Positions 1 to 12,135 of a stretch of 64,000 nucleotides of DNA are shown piece after piece (the first letter of the stretch is position 1; every line of letters starts with the position of its first letter). The notes beneath the pieces were generated by a model. It was not told the DNA's origin and ran no database searches. It saw only the letters and a program-made list of their open reading frames with translations. Origin of the DNA: Folioceros fuciformis (lineage: Eukaryota); assembly GCA_049999805.1 (NCBI GenBank), contig JBNGIO010006150.1, positions 1-64,000 on the forward strand, read 5' to 3'. The translations under genes and the position numbers were made by a program.

Positions 1-152
1 CCCACCAGGAGGGATAGCGAGCCGTCTGCGGTCAAGGGCGAAGTCCCGGGAAGAGCGCATTCAGCAACCCCAGATGCCAGAGCCGGAGCTGTCCGAGGAC
101 AGCGCAGGCCAGTGGAGGCGGCGTCGAGAATCGCTCGGCCGATGGCAACCAC
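1..152 (+). mobile_element. Second copy of the 5' gag region of the Ty3/gypsy element at 4.1-6.9 kb
   Basis: 1-152 is a near-identical direct copy of 4937-5089 (cccaccaggagg...ggcaaccacg). Confidence 0.85.
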
Positions 153-399
153 GGGACAGGGCGCTCATTTCTGGCCACAGAACTCACAGGATGAAGATAA
201 CACACATGCGGATGTAAGGCCCGGCAGGCGCCCACAACGCACGAATGCAGGTACGATACGGAGGTCTTCTCCATCCAATTGGAAGGTATCCCTTATCTAG
301 GGCTATTGATCAATTTGTACCTACAACTTATCGTTAGACTATTACATATTCTGATTGGGAAAATTGGAAAATTATTATTAAAAATTTACTATTAAATCA

Positions 400-1870
400 G
401 AATTGGACTCACTTGTTAACAAGACTTGGACTCTCACCACTTTACCTCTAGACAGAAAATTAGTGGGCTCGAAATGGACATTTAAGATCAAGCAAAACGG
501 GCCATCGCTGCATAGAGAGGTATAAGGCGAGGTTAGTAGCTAAGGGCTATTCTCAACCTGGTACTCAAGATTACATCACTTAGGATTCTTATAGTATTAG
601 CGTCTCACCATGATTATGAGCTCATGAACTAGATATAAAAACCGCCTTCTTTTATGGCGACCTACAACACACTATGGAGATTCCCGAGGGGATTAAGGTC
701 AACAGACGACTATATAATGCATGCAAATTATTGAAAGCCCTTTATGGACTCAAACAAAACGCTATGGAGTGTACTCTAAGTTAGATGAAACCTTAAAGGC
801 CTTAGGGTTCACCAAACTAAACTTTGTTAGCAACATTTATATTAGAAAATCAGATGGCCGTTTTATTCTACTTGCTATATATGTAAATGATATTGTTCTA
901 ATGTCTAACTCCAAATCCATGCTAGAAGAGACTACTAGGTCAATGCTTTCAAACAAGTTTTGCTATGACCACTTGCAGGGATTTATCTTATTGTTTAGGC
1001 ATTCAAATAGTTGGACACAAAGAATCTAGAACTATATTTATAGATCAATCCAAATACACTCAAGAAATTCTAACTAAGTACAAGATGCAAGACTCTAAGC
1101 CTATATCCACACCAATGGAAGTTAACCTTAAGCTGATTAAGGAGCATAGACCATTCCTTGCTTTTCCAGTGGGAGCACTCTCTCAGTTTTTATATCTTCC
1201 ACACAAGAACATTGGAAGGCTATCAAGCGTATATTTAGATATCTTAGATCTACTTCGGATATGGGACTCTTATACCAGTCCTTTGCTAAGCAAGATGAGC
1301 ACCTTCAACTTCAAGGGTACAGTGACGCTGATTGGGCAGGGGACAAGGGTGTTAGGAAGAGCACAAGCAACTATGTGTCAAGTGCTCAGATGCATAGCCA
1401 CAAGCTGGAGCAGCAAGCGACAACAAGTGATTGTTTTAAGCTCCACGGAAGCAGAATATTGCCCCTTGACACATGCTTGCAAAGAAGGATTGTGGCAACT
1501 CTTACAACTATCGGAATATAGAGAAGCTCAATATCTTCCAAGACCCCTTTACTGCGACAACCGGGGAGCTATCTCACTTACCTACAGCCCTAAGTACCAT
1601 GCGCGTACCAAAGACATAGAGGTACAATTTCATTTCAGTGAAGGCAGAAAATTTGAAGTCCTATATTGGCCTTTGAAGTCCTATATTGGTCGACTAAACA
1701 AATGAAAGCTGATATCCTTACCAAAGCCCTCACCTCGGCCAAACACCAGCAACACTAGTGGGCTTAAGAAGATTATATCAAATCTCTTTTTATAATAATT
1801 AATATTTATATATTCTAAATATAAGTCCTAAGTCTAATGCTAGTTCACTAAGTGGGAGTATTAGAATAAT
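400..1870 (+). mobile_element. Degenerate Ty1/copia retrotransposon RT-RNase H region
   Basis: Frameshifted motifs KTWTL..KWTFKIK, YKARLVAKGYSQ, YVND (for YVDD), SDADWAG, SSTEAEY, CDN, HARTKDIEVQFHF, ADILTKAL. PPT-like aagtgggag at ~1850. Confidence 0.92.
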
Positions 1871-2059
1871 AATATCCCACCATTAGTTAGTATACGGTTC
1901 ACGTGATATGAAGCCACATGCTGCTAAGCGGTTGCGTTTGATTCTCTTGCTTGCACAGCGATCGGTCGAAAATGCATCGAAACATTTCCGTAAGGATCCC
2001 CCTGTGTTTTCGGCGGCCGCCACCCTTTTTGGTGGATGCCTGTGATGTGATGTGATTAT

Positions 2060-3782
2060 CTAAAGCTCTCCCACCGCGGCCATCGCTCGCACAACTGACG
2101 CTACCGTGGCCACCAGTCCCGTCACCGCCACTCCCGCTTGAACAAGGGCCCCACCGATCGTGGATCCTTTTCCCAAATACTGAGCCACCTCGGTAACAGG
2201 AACCCGATGGTGTTCCGCCAGCTCTCGGACTTCTGGGGACTCGAGGGCTTGTTCCTCCGAGTGGTAGGTGTTGTTGTAACTCCCGCCTGCCTTGGGATTG
2301 TACACATCAAGATAGCTGCCGCTCCTGCAACATTTGAGAACTCATCATTCGAAAAACTTTGAGCACACAAAGCATGCGTGCGTGCCATCCCTGCTAGAGC
2401 TGCAACGTTGGGTAAATACAAATTTGCAGGGGAAGCAGCACATCTCGCAAGCAGACCCATGGAGTTGTTGATTCCGGCCGGTTTACGAGCACCTACCGTT
2501 CACGGAAGAAGACAAAATTGGTCAACAGCTCTTGGATCGATTCCTTGTTTGCCTCTTTTCCGTCCGCCAAGCCCTTCTCCAAGAAGTCCCAGATGCCCAA
2601 CGTCCGCAGCGACTCATTGAACTCTTCGATGGGGAATGTTTTGCACATGTCGACATACTCCCCCTCCGTCAGGTCGCTCCAGGTGCCCGGGAGCTTGCGT
2701 CGCACAAACAGAATGCTTGCGGCGCTTACCATGGTGAAGGACAACACCAGCCTCGTGAACCGTGTTCCGGACACCTCCTGGGGGATCCACGAAAACCACG
2801 AGTCATTGGACGGTAGCACATGCTTGAGGAGGGTTTCGCAAATGCTCCGGACCTCCTCCGACCCCCACAGAACATCGCTGAAAGCCGTGGGAACATCCCA
2901 GATCTTGCAGATCAGGTCTCTGCGAGATTTCAGCAACTCTTCCTCCATCATTTCCTTCCTCCCCGTGAGGAATGCGAAGGTGTATTTGACAGTGTTGCGG
3001 AACATGCCGAGCACGATCACATTCGCCGTTGCGCGCAATTTGGCACTCACATCGACGGCCTGGGCTGCAGCCCATGTGAGCTTCTGCTTCTCCTCCAACC
3101 CGGCCAGGGTGTGGTCGGACAGCTTCTTCAATGCCACCTTCTGCTCTACAACCTCCTCGTCACAGTACTCCTCTCCCGCCTTACCCGACTTCACGTTACC
3201 CAATTTGATGATGTTACGCTTCAGCTCCTCCTTTCCGACGACGCCGCCCAGGAATTCGTCCAGATTCGCCTCAATATTCTTTCTGTACAGTCGACCCCTG
3301 GTATCTTCGTCCGTGTGGGTGACGATGAGCTGGAGATGGAAGAAGCCGCTGTACGAGCCCAGAGTCTTCATCAGCTCACCGTCGTCCATGAGGCGGTTGT
3401 CGTGTACCTGGATGAGGTACCAGATGTAGTGCACTCTCTGAAACAAGTCCTTGCGCCTTTCCCCGTCCAGAAATGTCTTGATCACAGAGAGCCTGTCTTT
3501 TTTCCCTATCTCGATGCCATCGCTGTCGTGGATGTGGAGTGGAAGTGTGGGGTGCTTCCACACCTTACGGATATCTTGCACTCCTGGTTTCCCTTTGTGG
3601 GAGGGCTCCGGACCAGCCCCGCCACCATCTTCAAAGCCCATGCATCTGGCCAATGTGCTTTTGCCTGCTCCTGACTTTCCAACCATGAGGATGCGCACCG
3701 CTCCAAACGCATTTTTGGCGTCCTCCACGCAGTCGGCGATGGACAGAAACTCTTGCTTCAAGCGTCCTTCGACATGGGCCAT
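2060..3782 (-). CDS. P-loop GTPase-domain protein (~516 aa) with helical region and C-terminal hydrophobic tail; exons 3782-2497 and 2324-2060
   Basis: G1 GKSGAGKST, G3-like HDSDG, G4-like THTD. A GT-AG intron (2496-2325; GTAGGT...TTGCAG) joins ORF 2493..4136 in frame to ORF 2060..2305. Confidence 0.8.
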
Positions 3783-4119
3783 CTTGCTTGAATCGTGAGA
3801 TCTAGAGCTCTGTCCGATCCTCCCAGCTTCGAAGTTTGGGGCTACTTGTGGAAGAGTCGCTCCCTTCAATAAATTTATTGAAATCCACTTGCGTTGACAG
3901 AGATTGGGCATTGGGTGTAAAGTAAGCTTGAAGTCTCGTGCAAGCAAAGCAGTCTCCAGTCTCGTGCAGTTGCAGGCTCGTGCCCTGGAAGGTTCCTGCT
4001 CAAAGTGATGGATGTTTAAATAATGAGTCGCTGCCGCTAGTAGATAGTGGCCTCGTGGTGGCGTAGCGAGTGGCCTAGTGGGACCTTCCAACAACGAGAT
4101 GGAAGAATCAGTGAAGAAG

Positions 4120-6960
4120 CATGTTGGACAGTGCATTGTGTGTCAAGCAGAAAAAGCGGAACATGACAGACCTCGAGGATTGTGAAACAGGACGACGAGT
4201 TGACTCCTTGCGTCCATCAGTTAAAAGGTCACGTGGCAACGAAGCTGCCCTAGCCGACAGGAACACGGCAGCGGGAACCTCACCAAGTTCAGACGCGTTT
4301 GAAGAACGAAGTATAGTTTATCCATATCTATCGGAATTAAGCAAGGATAAATAGGTATGATGAATAAGTAAGACGGGGTTAAGTACAAAACCGAATCTTA
4401 ACACTAAGACTAACCATCCTTAGGCTATAGGTTAACTTAACCCGAGATACCAAGCACTGAAACAAACTATGGTTGAGGGCGCCCTTCTTGGCGGGAAATG
4501 CCTCGCTCCTTTACGAATGAGTTCATGAAATGTTACAGGGGCCTTTGCCTGACGATCTACGCATACGGCCTACGATCTAGAGCCGTGTCGCTGCATCTTT
4601 GGTATCGGAGCCGATCCGTGATCTAACGTTGCCAGAATCAGAAGGTGGGAACGTGTAGACCGGCTGCGATCCTAGTTGCCCGACATGCTGAGAAACAAAG
4701 GAAGGTGCCCAGCGTAAGGGGGAGAAGACATCGGGCAAGCCCAGAGGAGATCACGACAGGTTCAATCACGAGCTCCGGGTCCTCAGGTTCCGGGTGGGAC
4801 AGAGCGAAGAACTCCCGAGGGAGCTACGGTCAGTGAATCCACCACAAGGAGGACGGGAAAATCTGGAGGCCATGAGCGAGTACCTGCCAGCCCACGCAGT
4901 CTCGCAGGCCCTTTCCAGCGAAAGTGAGGAGGACCGCCCACCAGGAGGGATCGCGAGCCGTCTGCGGTCAAGGGTGAAGTCCCGGGATGAGCGCATCCAG
5001 CAACCCCAGATGCCAGAGCCAGAGCTGTCCGAGGACAGCGCAGGCCAGTGGAGGCGGCGTCGAGAATTGCCCGGCCGATGGCAACCACGAGGCCAAGCGA
5101 GGGAGTCGCGTCTGACCCCTGTCGAGGAGGCACCGGAGCGGGACACGGACATTGCAGACTACGCCAGCGAGCCTGTAGCCCGGAACAAGGGTCGACCCAG
5201 TAAGCGGGGCACCCTCACTGGAATGCGGCCGACCACCACACAAAGACCGGCTAGGTTAGTAGGGGAGCAGGAGGGCAATGTGCCGGGAGGACCCTTACAG
5301 CAGTTGGCAGACCGGACAATGAGTGTGGAACGCACCTGTGAGGAGTTGCGCCATGTCCTGTCGCGACAGGACCAACAACTGGGGAAAGTGGAATCGTCGC
5401 TGGCCCGGGTCGAATCGCAGGTGGGGGAGGGACAAGCTCGACTGGAGAGGCAGCTCAAAGTTGTGCTCCAGTCCGTGGAATAGTCCCTGTCTCCCACGCC
5501 GAGTCCACCAGCTCCCCAGCCTGGAGGATCTCGTCGTCCTGCGACACCCGTTGAAGGTACCCAACACTCAGCTCAGGAGCAACAACCCGCCCCAGCTCAC
5601 AACGGAGAGACACAACGGAGAGACAGGCGGAGGGGTAAGGGTTTCACCTATACCTCCCAGTAGCCGTGAGTTACGTGTCGAGGAGGGAGAAATGAAGAGA
5701 CTTGCAGTCGAGCTTACCCATGCAGAGAAGGAGAACAAGGAGATTAAGGCCATGGACAAACGACTGCAACTCATGCGATACGAATTTTGGGAGAAGCAAA
5801 GAGGCAAAGTGGGCGAAGAATCACTTGGAGGAGACGAGCAAATGTTCAAGCCTAAGCCACAGTCGGACAGGGAGCTACAACGCAAAATAAAAACGACCAT
5901 GTTCGACGGCCAAACCAAGGATGCCCAGCGTGTGTACGATTGGCTCGACAAAATGGATAAATACCTTGCTGCGAGTGAGAAGGATGACCTCCAGAAAATC
6001 CAATCTCGTGTGATGTCGTTGGACGGGCACGCGTATCGTTGGTGGTGACAGCGGGAGAAGAAAGTGGACCTCGGCATGGAATCTCCAGTGTATTCGTGGG
6101 CAGTGTTCCGTCACCTCTTCTTGGAGCAATTTCTCCCTGTCAATTACAGGAAGGAATTGTACCATCAGTTCCGAAAAATCTACCAACAAGGCACTGTACA
6201 GGAATACTGCGACAAGTTTCTCTAGCTCACCCTTGACATGCCGAGACTCGACGAGGAGCAGAAGATTGAAAAGTTTATTGATGGCCTGAAGTTTGAAATG
6301 CGAGCAGACGTCAACCAGACCAACCCTAACACCTTGGGGGAGGCTATGCGCGATGCTATCAACTACGGCACAAACAAATACAAGCGCCTCGCACCAAGAG
6401 GCCCTTCCAAGCCGAAGTGGGGTAAGTCAGCTAACACTGCTGAGAAGAAACCCACTTTTAAAATTTTGACAGAGGCAGAGAAGGCGAAGTACACTAGCAA
6501 GAGAATGTGCTTCACCTGTCGAGGCTTAGATCATGGTTCGAAGAGTTGCCCCTTCCGACGGGACATCATCGCCTGGTTGAAGGAGACTGGCAAGAAAACC
6601 CGTGGAAGTGCCCCTGTCACAGCCCCTGCAAAAACCAATCACTCAGTCACGCTGGCAGAAGTAACGGAGCCAGCGTTGAGTCAGTATTCCACTATAGTCA
6701 CAGCACTGGATGGCAGAGATACCCGCAAGGAGCAGTGGACAAAAGCGGAAATCACGTTCCCAGGCGGGTACAAAGAAGGGTGTCAAAGGCTTGCACCTCT
6801 GTGCCTCGATCCGGGCGAAGAATATTCGGATGAGTATGATGCAGTTAGGGGTTCCGTACAAGGCAGCCTGGTGCCCATGGGCACTGTGTGCAAACTGGCT
6901 TTCACCCATGCTGATGATCAGGCTGATGCCCCCGTATCTGGGGTCACCAAGTTGACGTTG
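4120..6960 (+). mobile_element. Truncated Ty3/gypsy-like LTR retrotransposon (5' LTR, PBS, disrupted gag)
   Basis: Putative LTR end ...gctgca at 4595 followed by a PBS. Gag motifs FDG..DWLDKMDKYL..LDGHAYRWW, KFIDGLK and zinc knuckle CFTCRGLDHGSKSC. Stops at 5481 and 6046 plus frameshifts; no RT seen. LTR start is approximate. Confidence 0.85.
4600..4612 (+). promoter_or_regulatory. tRNA-iMet primer-binding site
   Basis: tggtatcggagcc versus canonical TGGTATCAGAGC, 4 nt after the ...CA LTR end. Confidence 0.8.
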
Positions 6961-7954
6961 GGTATCGGGAGCAGCGAGGGGCCAGCCCTGCAGCAACCAG
7001 GTCTTCCAACGCAAATCCAAGAGACTTGAAGACGGTTATCTCTTGACCTGACTGCATACCAGGCTTCAAGATCTGGCACAGATCTGCCAATGTCCCCTTG
7101 ACGTGGTCGAGAGATATGGCGAAATCCCTGATGGACTGGTCCAGCTCGCGAGCATCACTCACAGGTGCAAGAGTATCCACAAACACGGTCCCGAGCCGGA
7201 GTGCCTCATCGTCACACTCCCGCATGGACGGCGTGAAGGACCCGACCAGATCCAGACGAGCTCCCGGCTTCAACCAGGCTCCTCGCACAAGAGCCTCCTT
7301 CGACAAGGTTGCGCAGCTGACGACATCGGCGGCCCTGACTGCAGCCTCCAGATCGACTTGCACCTCGAGGTCCACGTGCAGGCTGGCTTCCTGAAGACTG
7401 TCAACTAGCCACGCAGCCCGGGGGTGTGTCCGATTCCGCACTATCACCCTCTTCAAGTTAGGGTTTGCGATCAGATGCGCTTTGATGAGGTGCGGAGCTA
7501 GCGCACATTCTCCCACCATAGCCAGTACTCTGGCGTTTTTCCTCGCCAAGTATCTGGCTGCCGAGGCAGATGCGCTGGCTGTCCTCCACAGCGTCAGCTC
7601 GCCTCCGTCTACGCAGGCCAGCGGCAGCCCCGTCTCTCGGCTTGACAGAGTGTACACTCCTGCCACGGCTGGGAGTCCTTTTGTGCCGTTGTCTGGGAAC
7701 ACAGTAACCATCTTGACACCAAGGTAGGATCCATGGGAGCAGGAGGAAGAAGAAGACGAAGGATCGCCTTGAAACCAGGCAGGCATGAGCAGAAGTGTGC
7801 CTGAGCTGCTCCCATCCTCTTGTGCAACAGGATGGTGATGCCTGTTCGGCACACTGAACTCGTTGATACGGCCAAAAACATCCTGAAGCTCGTCGATCAG
7901 GGATGAATAGCTTAGCTTAGACAGGGATGAATACCTCTCAGTTGGGAACTCCAC
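6944..7954 (-). pseudogene. Ornithine cyclodeaminase/mu-crystallin (SARD4-like) copy, probably decaying
   Basis: LLLMPAW, GVKMVTVFPDN, LTLWRTAS, ADVVSCAT, LDLVGSF..MRECDD, FKSLG. No in-frame ATG at the 5' end; GxGxxA reads GECALA and WNRT reads RNRT. Confidence 0.75.
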
Positions 7955-8241
7955 AGCATAATCATACGCTCCATGGCAAGCAACATGCCGTGTGCATCAG
8001 GGCTGTGCTTGACCTTGTCCAAAGTCGAGCAAGGTATCCAACACTCCTCTCGATCCACTACACGCAACACACCTACTGTGCATAGTGGGTGTTGATTTCG
8101 CGGTCGTTGAAGAGAATCATGAAATCATCAATTCTATAAAAACACGAGCCGCTTAAAAAGTAGTCCTCGTAATCACACTGCCGCCCAGAGAAAGCGCATG
8201 CGTTGAATGCATGTAAAGTGCAAAACAGAAACATCCTATGC

Positions 8242-8325
8242 TCTACGCACAGACCAAGTCATGTAGCGACAAGCTCCTTGAAGTCTATGCACAGACCAAG
8301 ACATGTAGCGACAAGCTCCTTGGAG
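8242..8325. repeat. 42-bp tandem duplication
   Basis: gcacagaccaag(t/a)catgtagcgacaagctccttg at 8247 and 8289. Confidence 0.9.
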
Positions 8326-9473
8326 GACTCCATCTCCATGATTCAGCCTCCCTTTGCCTCCATCTCCACCACCAACATAAAGTACCCATAAGATATACAT
8401 GCCGGACAAACCTGTAGAACGAAGATACAAGCAAACTCCATATTGGGTACTTGGATCATCAACTGCACAACAAATATCTGAAATATCACTAGCGAGTTGA
8501 ATCGCAGAAGCTACTGCGCAGTGTAATCCTACAAGCTACAGTTGAATCCTAGAAGCGCTGCAGTTAACTGGGCTTTGCCGACGGTGAAAATGTATGTGGC
8601 CTAGCTATGGTCGATCCTCTCCACCGCAGCCTGACAGTTCTGTCTTTCCACCTTGCAACCTTCAGCATCGATACCTCGTACACAACGAATGCAGACACAT
8701 ATGATGATATCAGAAGTTCAACTTCCTGCTCACGAAAAAACAAATTCACCCATACGGGAAAAAGTACAGCAGGTGTCCGTGCCAGTGGGGAATAACGGCT
8801 CCGTGCCCCTCGGGCAGCTCGACCTGCATGGCATGGAAGCTGGTCAGCTGGATTGTGTGTCCGGCAGTTAAAGTTTGCCCGGTAAATCCAGCGCAAAAGA
8901 TGCTTTTGCAGCAACCTTACGGAAAGAGGAGAATATAAAGCACTCCGGCAACGTGGTTGTGGACAGTTTGGTGAAGCCCATGGCTTTGGGCCCGCCATGT
9001 CATGACCTCGGCATGGATTTGGGGCCTCGGGGCCTGGCCTCGGGTTTGGGGGTCCACTAGCTTTGACCAGTAGCAGGCTGCAGCTGCTTTCCACTTCTCG
9101 GCAGCTGAAAATCTTCTTCGCAAAGGTCTGACGCTCCTCAGCGTTAGCAAAGTGCAATCAATAATTTGCACGAGCTCTGGGTTGTGATGACGATGGTCAC
9201 ATTGCTCTTGTTGCAGTTTGGCAGGTGGTGGGTAGAACAAGGTGCTGGATTTCATGGTCTGCCTGATGATATGTGCCAAGTTCACGCTCCCCAAAGCTTC
9301 TGCGTAATCTCGAGAAATTTCTGTCGACCGCGAGTTGCATATTCTCGTTTTTTGGGCCCAATTGCTATCAGCAGCACCATTCCCGGCGTGTGATCAATTG
9401 CACGGTGCTTGATTCCCTCTAGCCCTTACAGCCTAATACTGCTTCCTCGTCGACACACTCATTGTTGCCCAGG

Positions 9474-11724
9474 ATGACGGTGGTTGTGGACTCCGGGGAG
9501 CGGAGGCTGAAGGAGCTGGGGTACAAGCAGGAACTGAAGCGTAATCTCTCGTAAGTGCTGGACTCAGTTCTTTGCTGCCCATCCAGTGGCATCCTTCTTC
9601 AGGAGGTGAAGCATTGAAGGTTGTACTGTGGCAATGCAGGGTGATCTCGAACTTCGCCTTCTCCTTCTCAATCATCTCGGTCCTGACTGGAATCACCACT
9701 CTCTTCAATACCGGGCTGACCTATGGTGGCACAATTTCGATAGTCTATGGCTGGCTCATCGTGGGCTTCTTCAGCCTCATCGTTGGTCTGGCTATGGGAG
9801 AAATATGTTCTGCTTACCCAACCTCCGGGGGCCTGTACTACTGGAGCTACTGCCTGTCTGGACCCAACTGGGGTCCTTTTGCATCGTGGATAACTGGCTG
9901 GTATGACAACTTCCACTGTCGTTCCCTGGAAATGCTGTCTTCAGGCATTTTCTGTGATTAAATCCTTGGTCTTCGTCTGCAGGTATAACATGGTGGGCCA
10001 GGTGCGTCTAGGGACATGTCTATTTCTTTGTGCGATCACTCCGTGACCTGAAGTCAGCTAGCAGCTTTGCACAGTGTTGCTTCTCTGACCTACCGTCTGG
10101 GTCTGCATAAACCTCTCACCTTGCGCAGTGGGCTGTAACAACCAGTGTCGACTTCTCGTTAGCGACCTTGATTCAAGTTATGATCCTGCTGAGCACAGGA
10201 GGAAACAATGGGGGTGGAACGTTTGTGTCGAAGTATGCAGTCATAGGCCTTCACGCTAGCATTCTCATACTCCATGGCTTGCTCAACAGTTTACCAATCT
10301 CCTGGCTCTCCTATTTCGGGACCTTTGCTGCTGCCTGGAATTGCATAGGTACCACCTTCTGAATCCCCGCCACCTGCTGTAATGCTGTCCTTTACACGGT
10401 TTTCCGATCGTTCAGCCCGTCTCACACATCTGCTGGTTGCAGGTGTATTCGTTCTCATGATTCTGATTCCAACTGTGGCTCAGCACACACAATCTGCGCA
10501 CTTCGTCCTCACTTCTTTCAATAAGGACAATGGAGTTGGCATACACAGCTCTCCCTACATCTTCCTGCTTGGTATCTTAATGAGCCAGTATACCATCACG
10601 GGATTCGATGCTTCTGCTCATATGGTATGTGCAATCCGCTGTAGAGCCCTTGATCTGTCTGTGATGACGAGGTGTCGTGATTCTTGAGTGTGTCCGATTG
10701 CAGTCAGAAGAAACCAAATCTTCAGACAAAAATGGGGCGTATGGAATCATCAGTGCCATTGGTGTATCCATCGTGGTCGGCTTCGGGTACATCCTCGGTA
10801 TTCTCTTCTCCATTCCCAGCACAGCAGAATTACTGGACCCTGACAACGACGCAAAGGGCTATGCCATTGCTCAGCTATTCTACCAAGTCTTCAAAGCCAG
10901 ATACGGCAATGGAACAGGAGGTATCCTCTGCCTGGGAATCGTTGCAGTCGCAGTGTTTCTCTGCGGCATGAGCTGCGTGACAAGCAACTCCAGGTGAACT
11001 TACTTTGCATCTATTCTGTTCCTGTTCCTGTTCCTGTTCCTGTTCCCTTGATGTTCCTGAAAGTTGAGGGAGTGTGGAATGTCTGCCGTAATGCAGGATG
11101 GCATTCGCCTTCTCAAGAGACGGGGCCATGCCTCTCTCAGGGCTGTGGCACAAGGTGAACAGAGAGGAGGTCCCTATCAACGCTGTTTGGCTTTCTGTGG
11201 TTGTGTCCTTCCTCTTGGCTTTACCTGTAAGCAAGCTGTCCCCTCACTTCTCCTTTCTCGTTATCTGAGCTGGATCAACACCGACTTGTGGAATCAGCAT
11301 CTTCGCTGATTCGTCTAACCTGTTTCCTTTCCAGTCGTTGGGAAGTGTGGTTGCCTTCAACGCCATGGTATCCATAGCCGTGGTGGGCTTGTATATCGCC
11401 TACGTATTGCCCATCTTCTTCCGCCTCACGATCGCAAGGAACACGTTCGTACCTGGGCCCTTCTATCTGGGCCCCTTCAGCACTCTACTGGGCTGGGTTG
11501 CAGTCCTGTGGGTGGCCACCATCGCAGTCCTCTTCTGCTTGCCACTGCAATATCCTGTGCAGAGGGACACACTCAACTATGCTCCCGTAGCTGTTGGTGG
11601 TATCTTTCTCATCACAGTCGGATACTGGATGATCAGCGCCAGGCATTGGTTCAAAGGACCTCAGGCCAACCTGAGCCTGGAAGCTTCGAATGCTGGGTCT
11701 GAACATTTGCACAAAGGAGTATGA
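9474..11724 (+). CDS. BAT1: APC-family amino-acid/GABA permease (BAT1/GABP-like), multi-exon
   Basis: DSGERRLKELGYKQELKR, SNFAFSFSIIS, EICSAYPTSGGLYYW, GFDASAHM-SEET, FAFSRDG, ARHWFKGP. Canonical GT-AG introns including a 19-nt exon at 9983-10001. Confidence 0.93.
11017..11047. repeat. (CTGTTC)5 microsatellite in intron
   Basis: Seen directly. Confidence 0.9.
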
Positions 11725-12135
11725 GAAAGCCATGTAGTCCCAAAAGGTCGGGAAGGGCCCGACTGTAAACATCGAGTGTGCAAGAGCTTTTATTGAGAGA
11801 GGAAAAACGAAAAACAGCCACAGTGCACAGTTCCGCCATCTAAATGCGCTGGGTAGACACTAACACAGATGGCGTTCCAAAATCCTACAGAAAAAAAGGG
11901 AGGATAGCATCACATATCCATATCCTAACTCTACAGGATCGTACCCTTCCTGCACCTGTCCTGCCACTCGCCCCCTTCCCCAAAAAAACTCGGCCCCAGT
12001 ACAGTAACATAACAGCAGCAGGCCAGGCCGGCCAGACCTGGACGATGATCAACAAAGGACCACGTCCCCACGTAGGTTCTGTCCCTAAGGTGTGGCCAAA
12101 GTCAGCTGAGCTCAACTCTCCGCTGGTAAGACAAA

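Noticed and set aside
2518..3674. Long plus-strand ORFs over the GTPase (likewise 12190..13203 over the F-box gene)
   Set aside because: Antisense shadows of GC-rich genes.
3783..4136. 118-aa N-terminal extension of the GTPase ORF
   Set aside because: Runs through promoter- and LTR-like DNA; the ATG at 3782 fits the G-domain start better.
4794..5483. Separate extra ORF upstream of gag
   Set aside because: More simply the gag N-terminus broken by a premature TAG and a frameshift.
8564..9393. Several overlapping ORFs upstream of the permease
   Set aside because: No recognisable motifs or consistent splice pattern.
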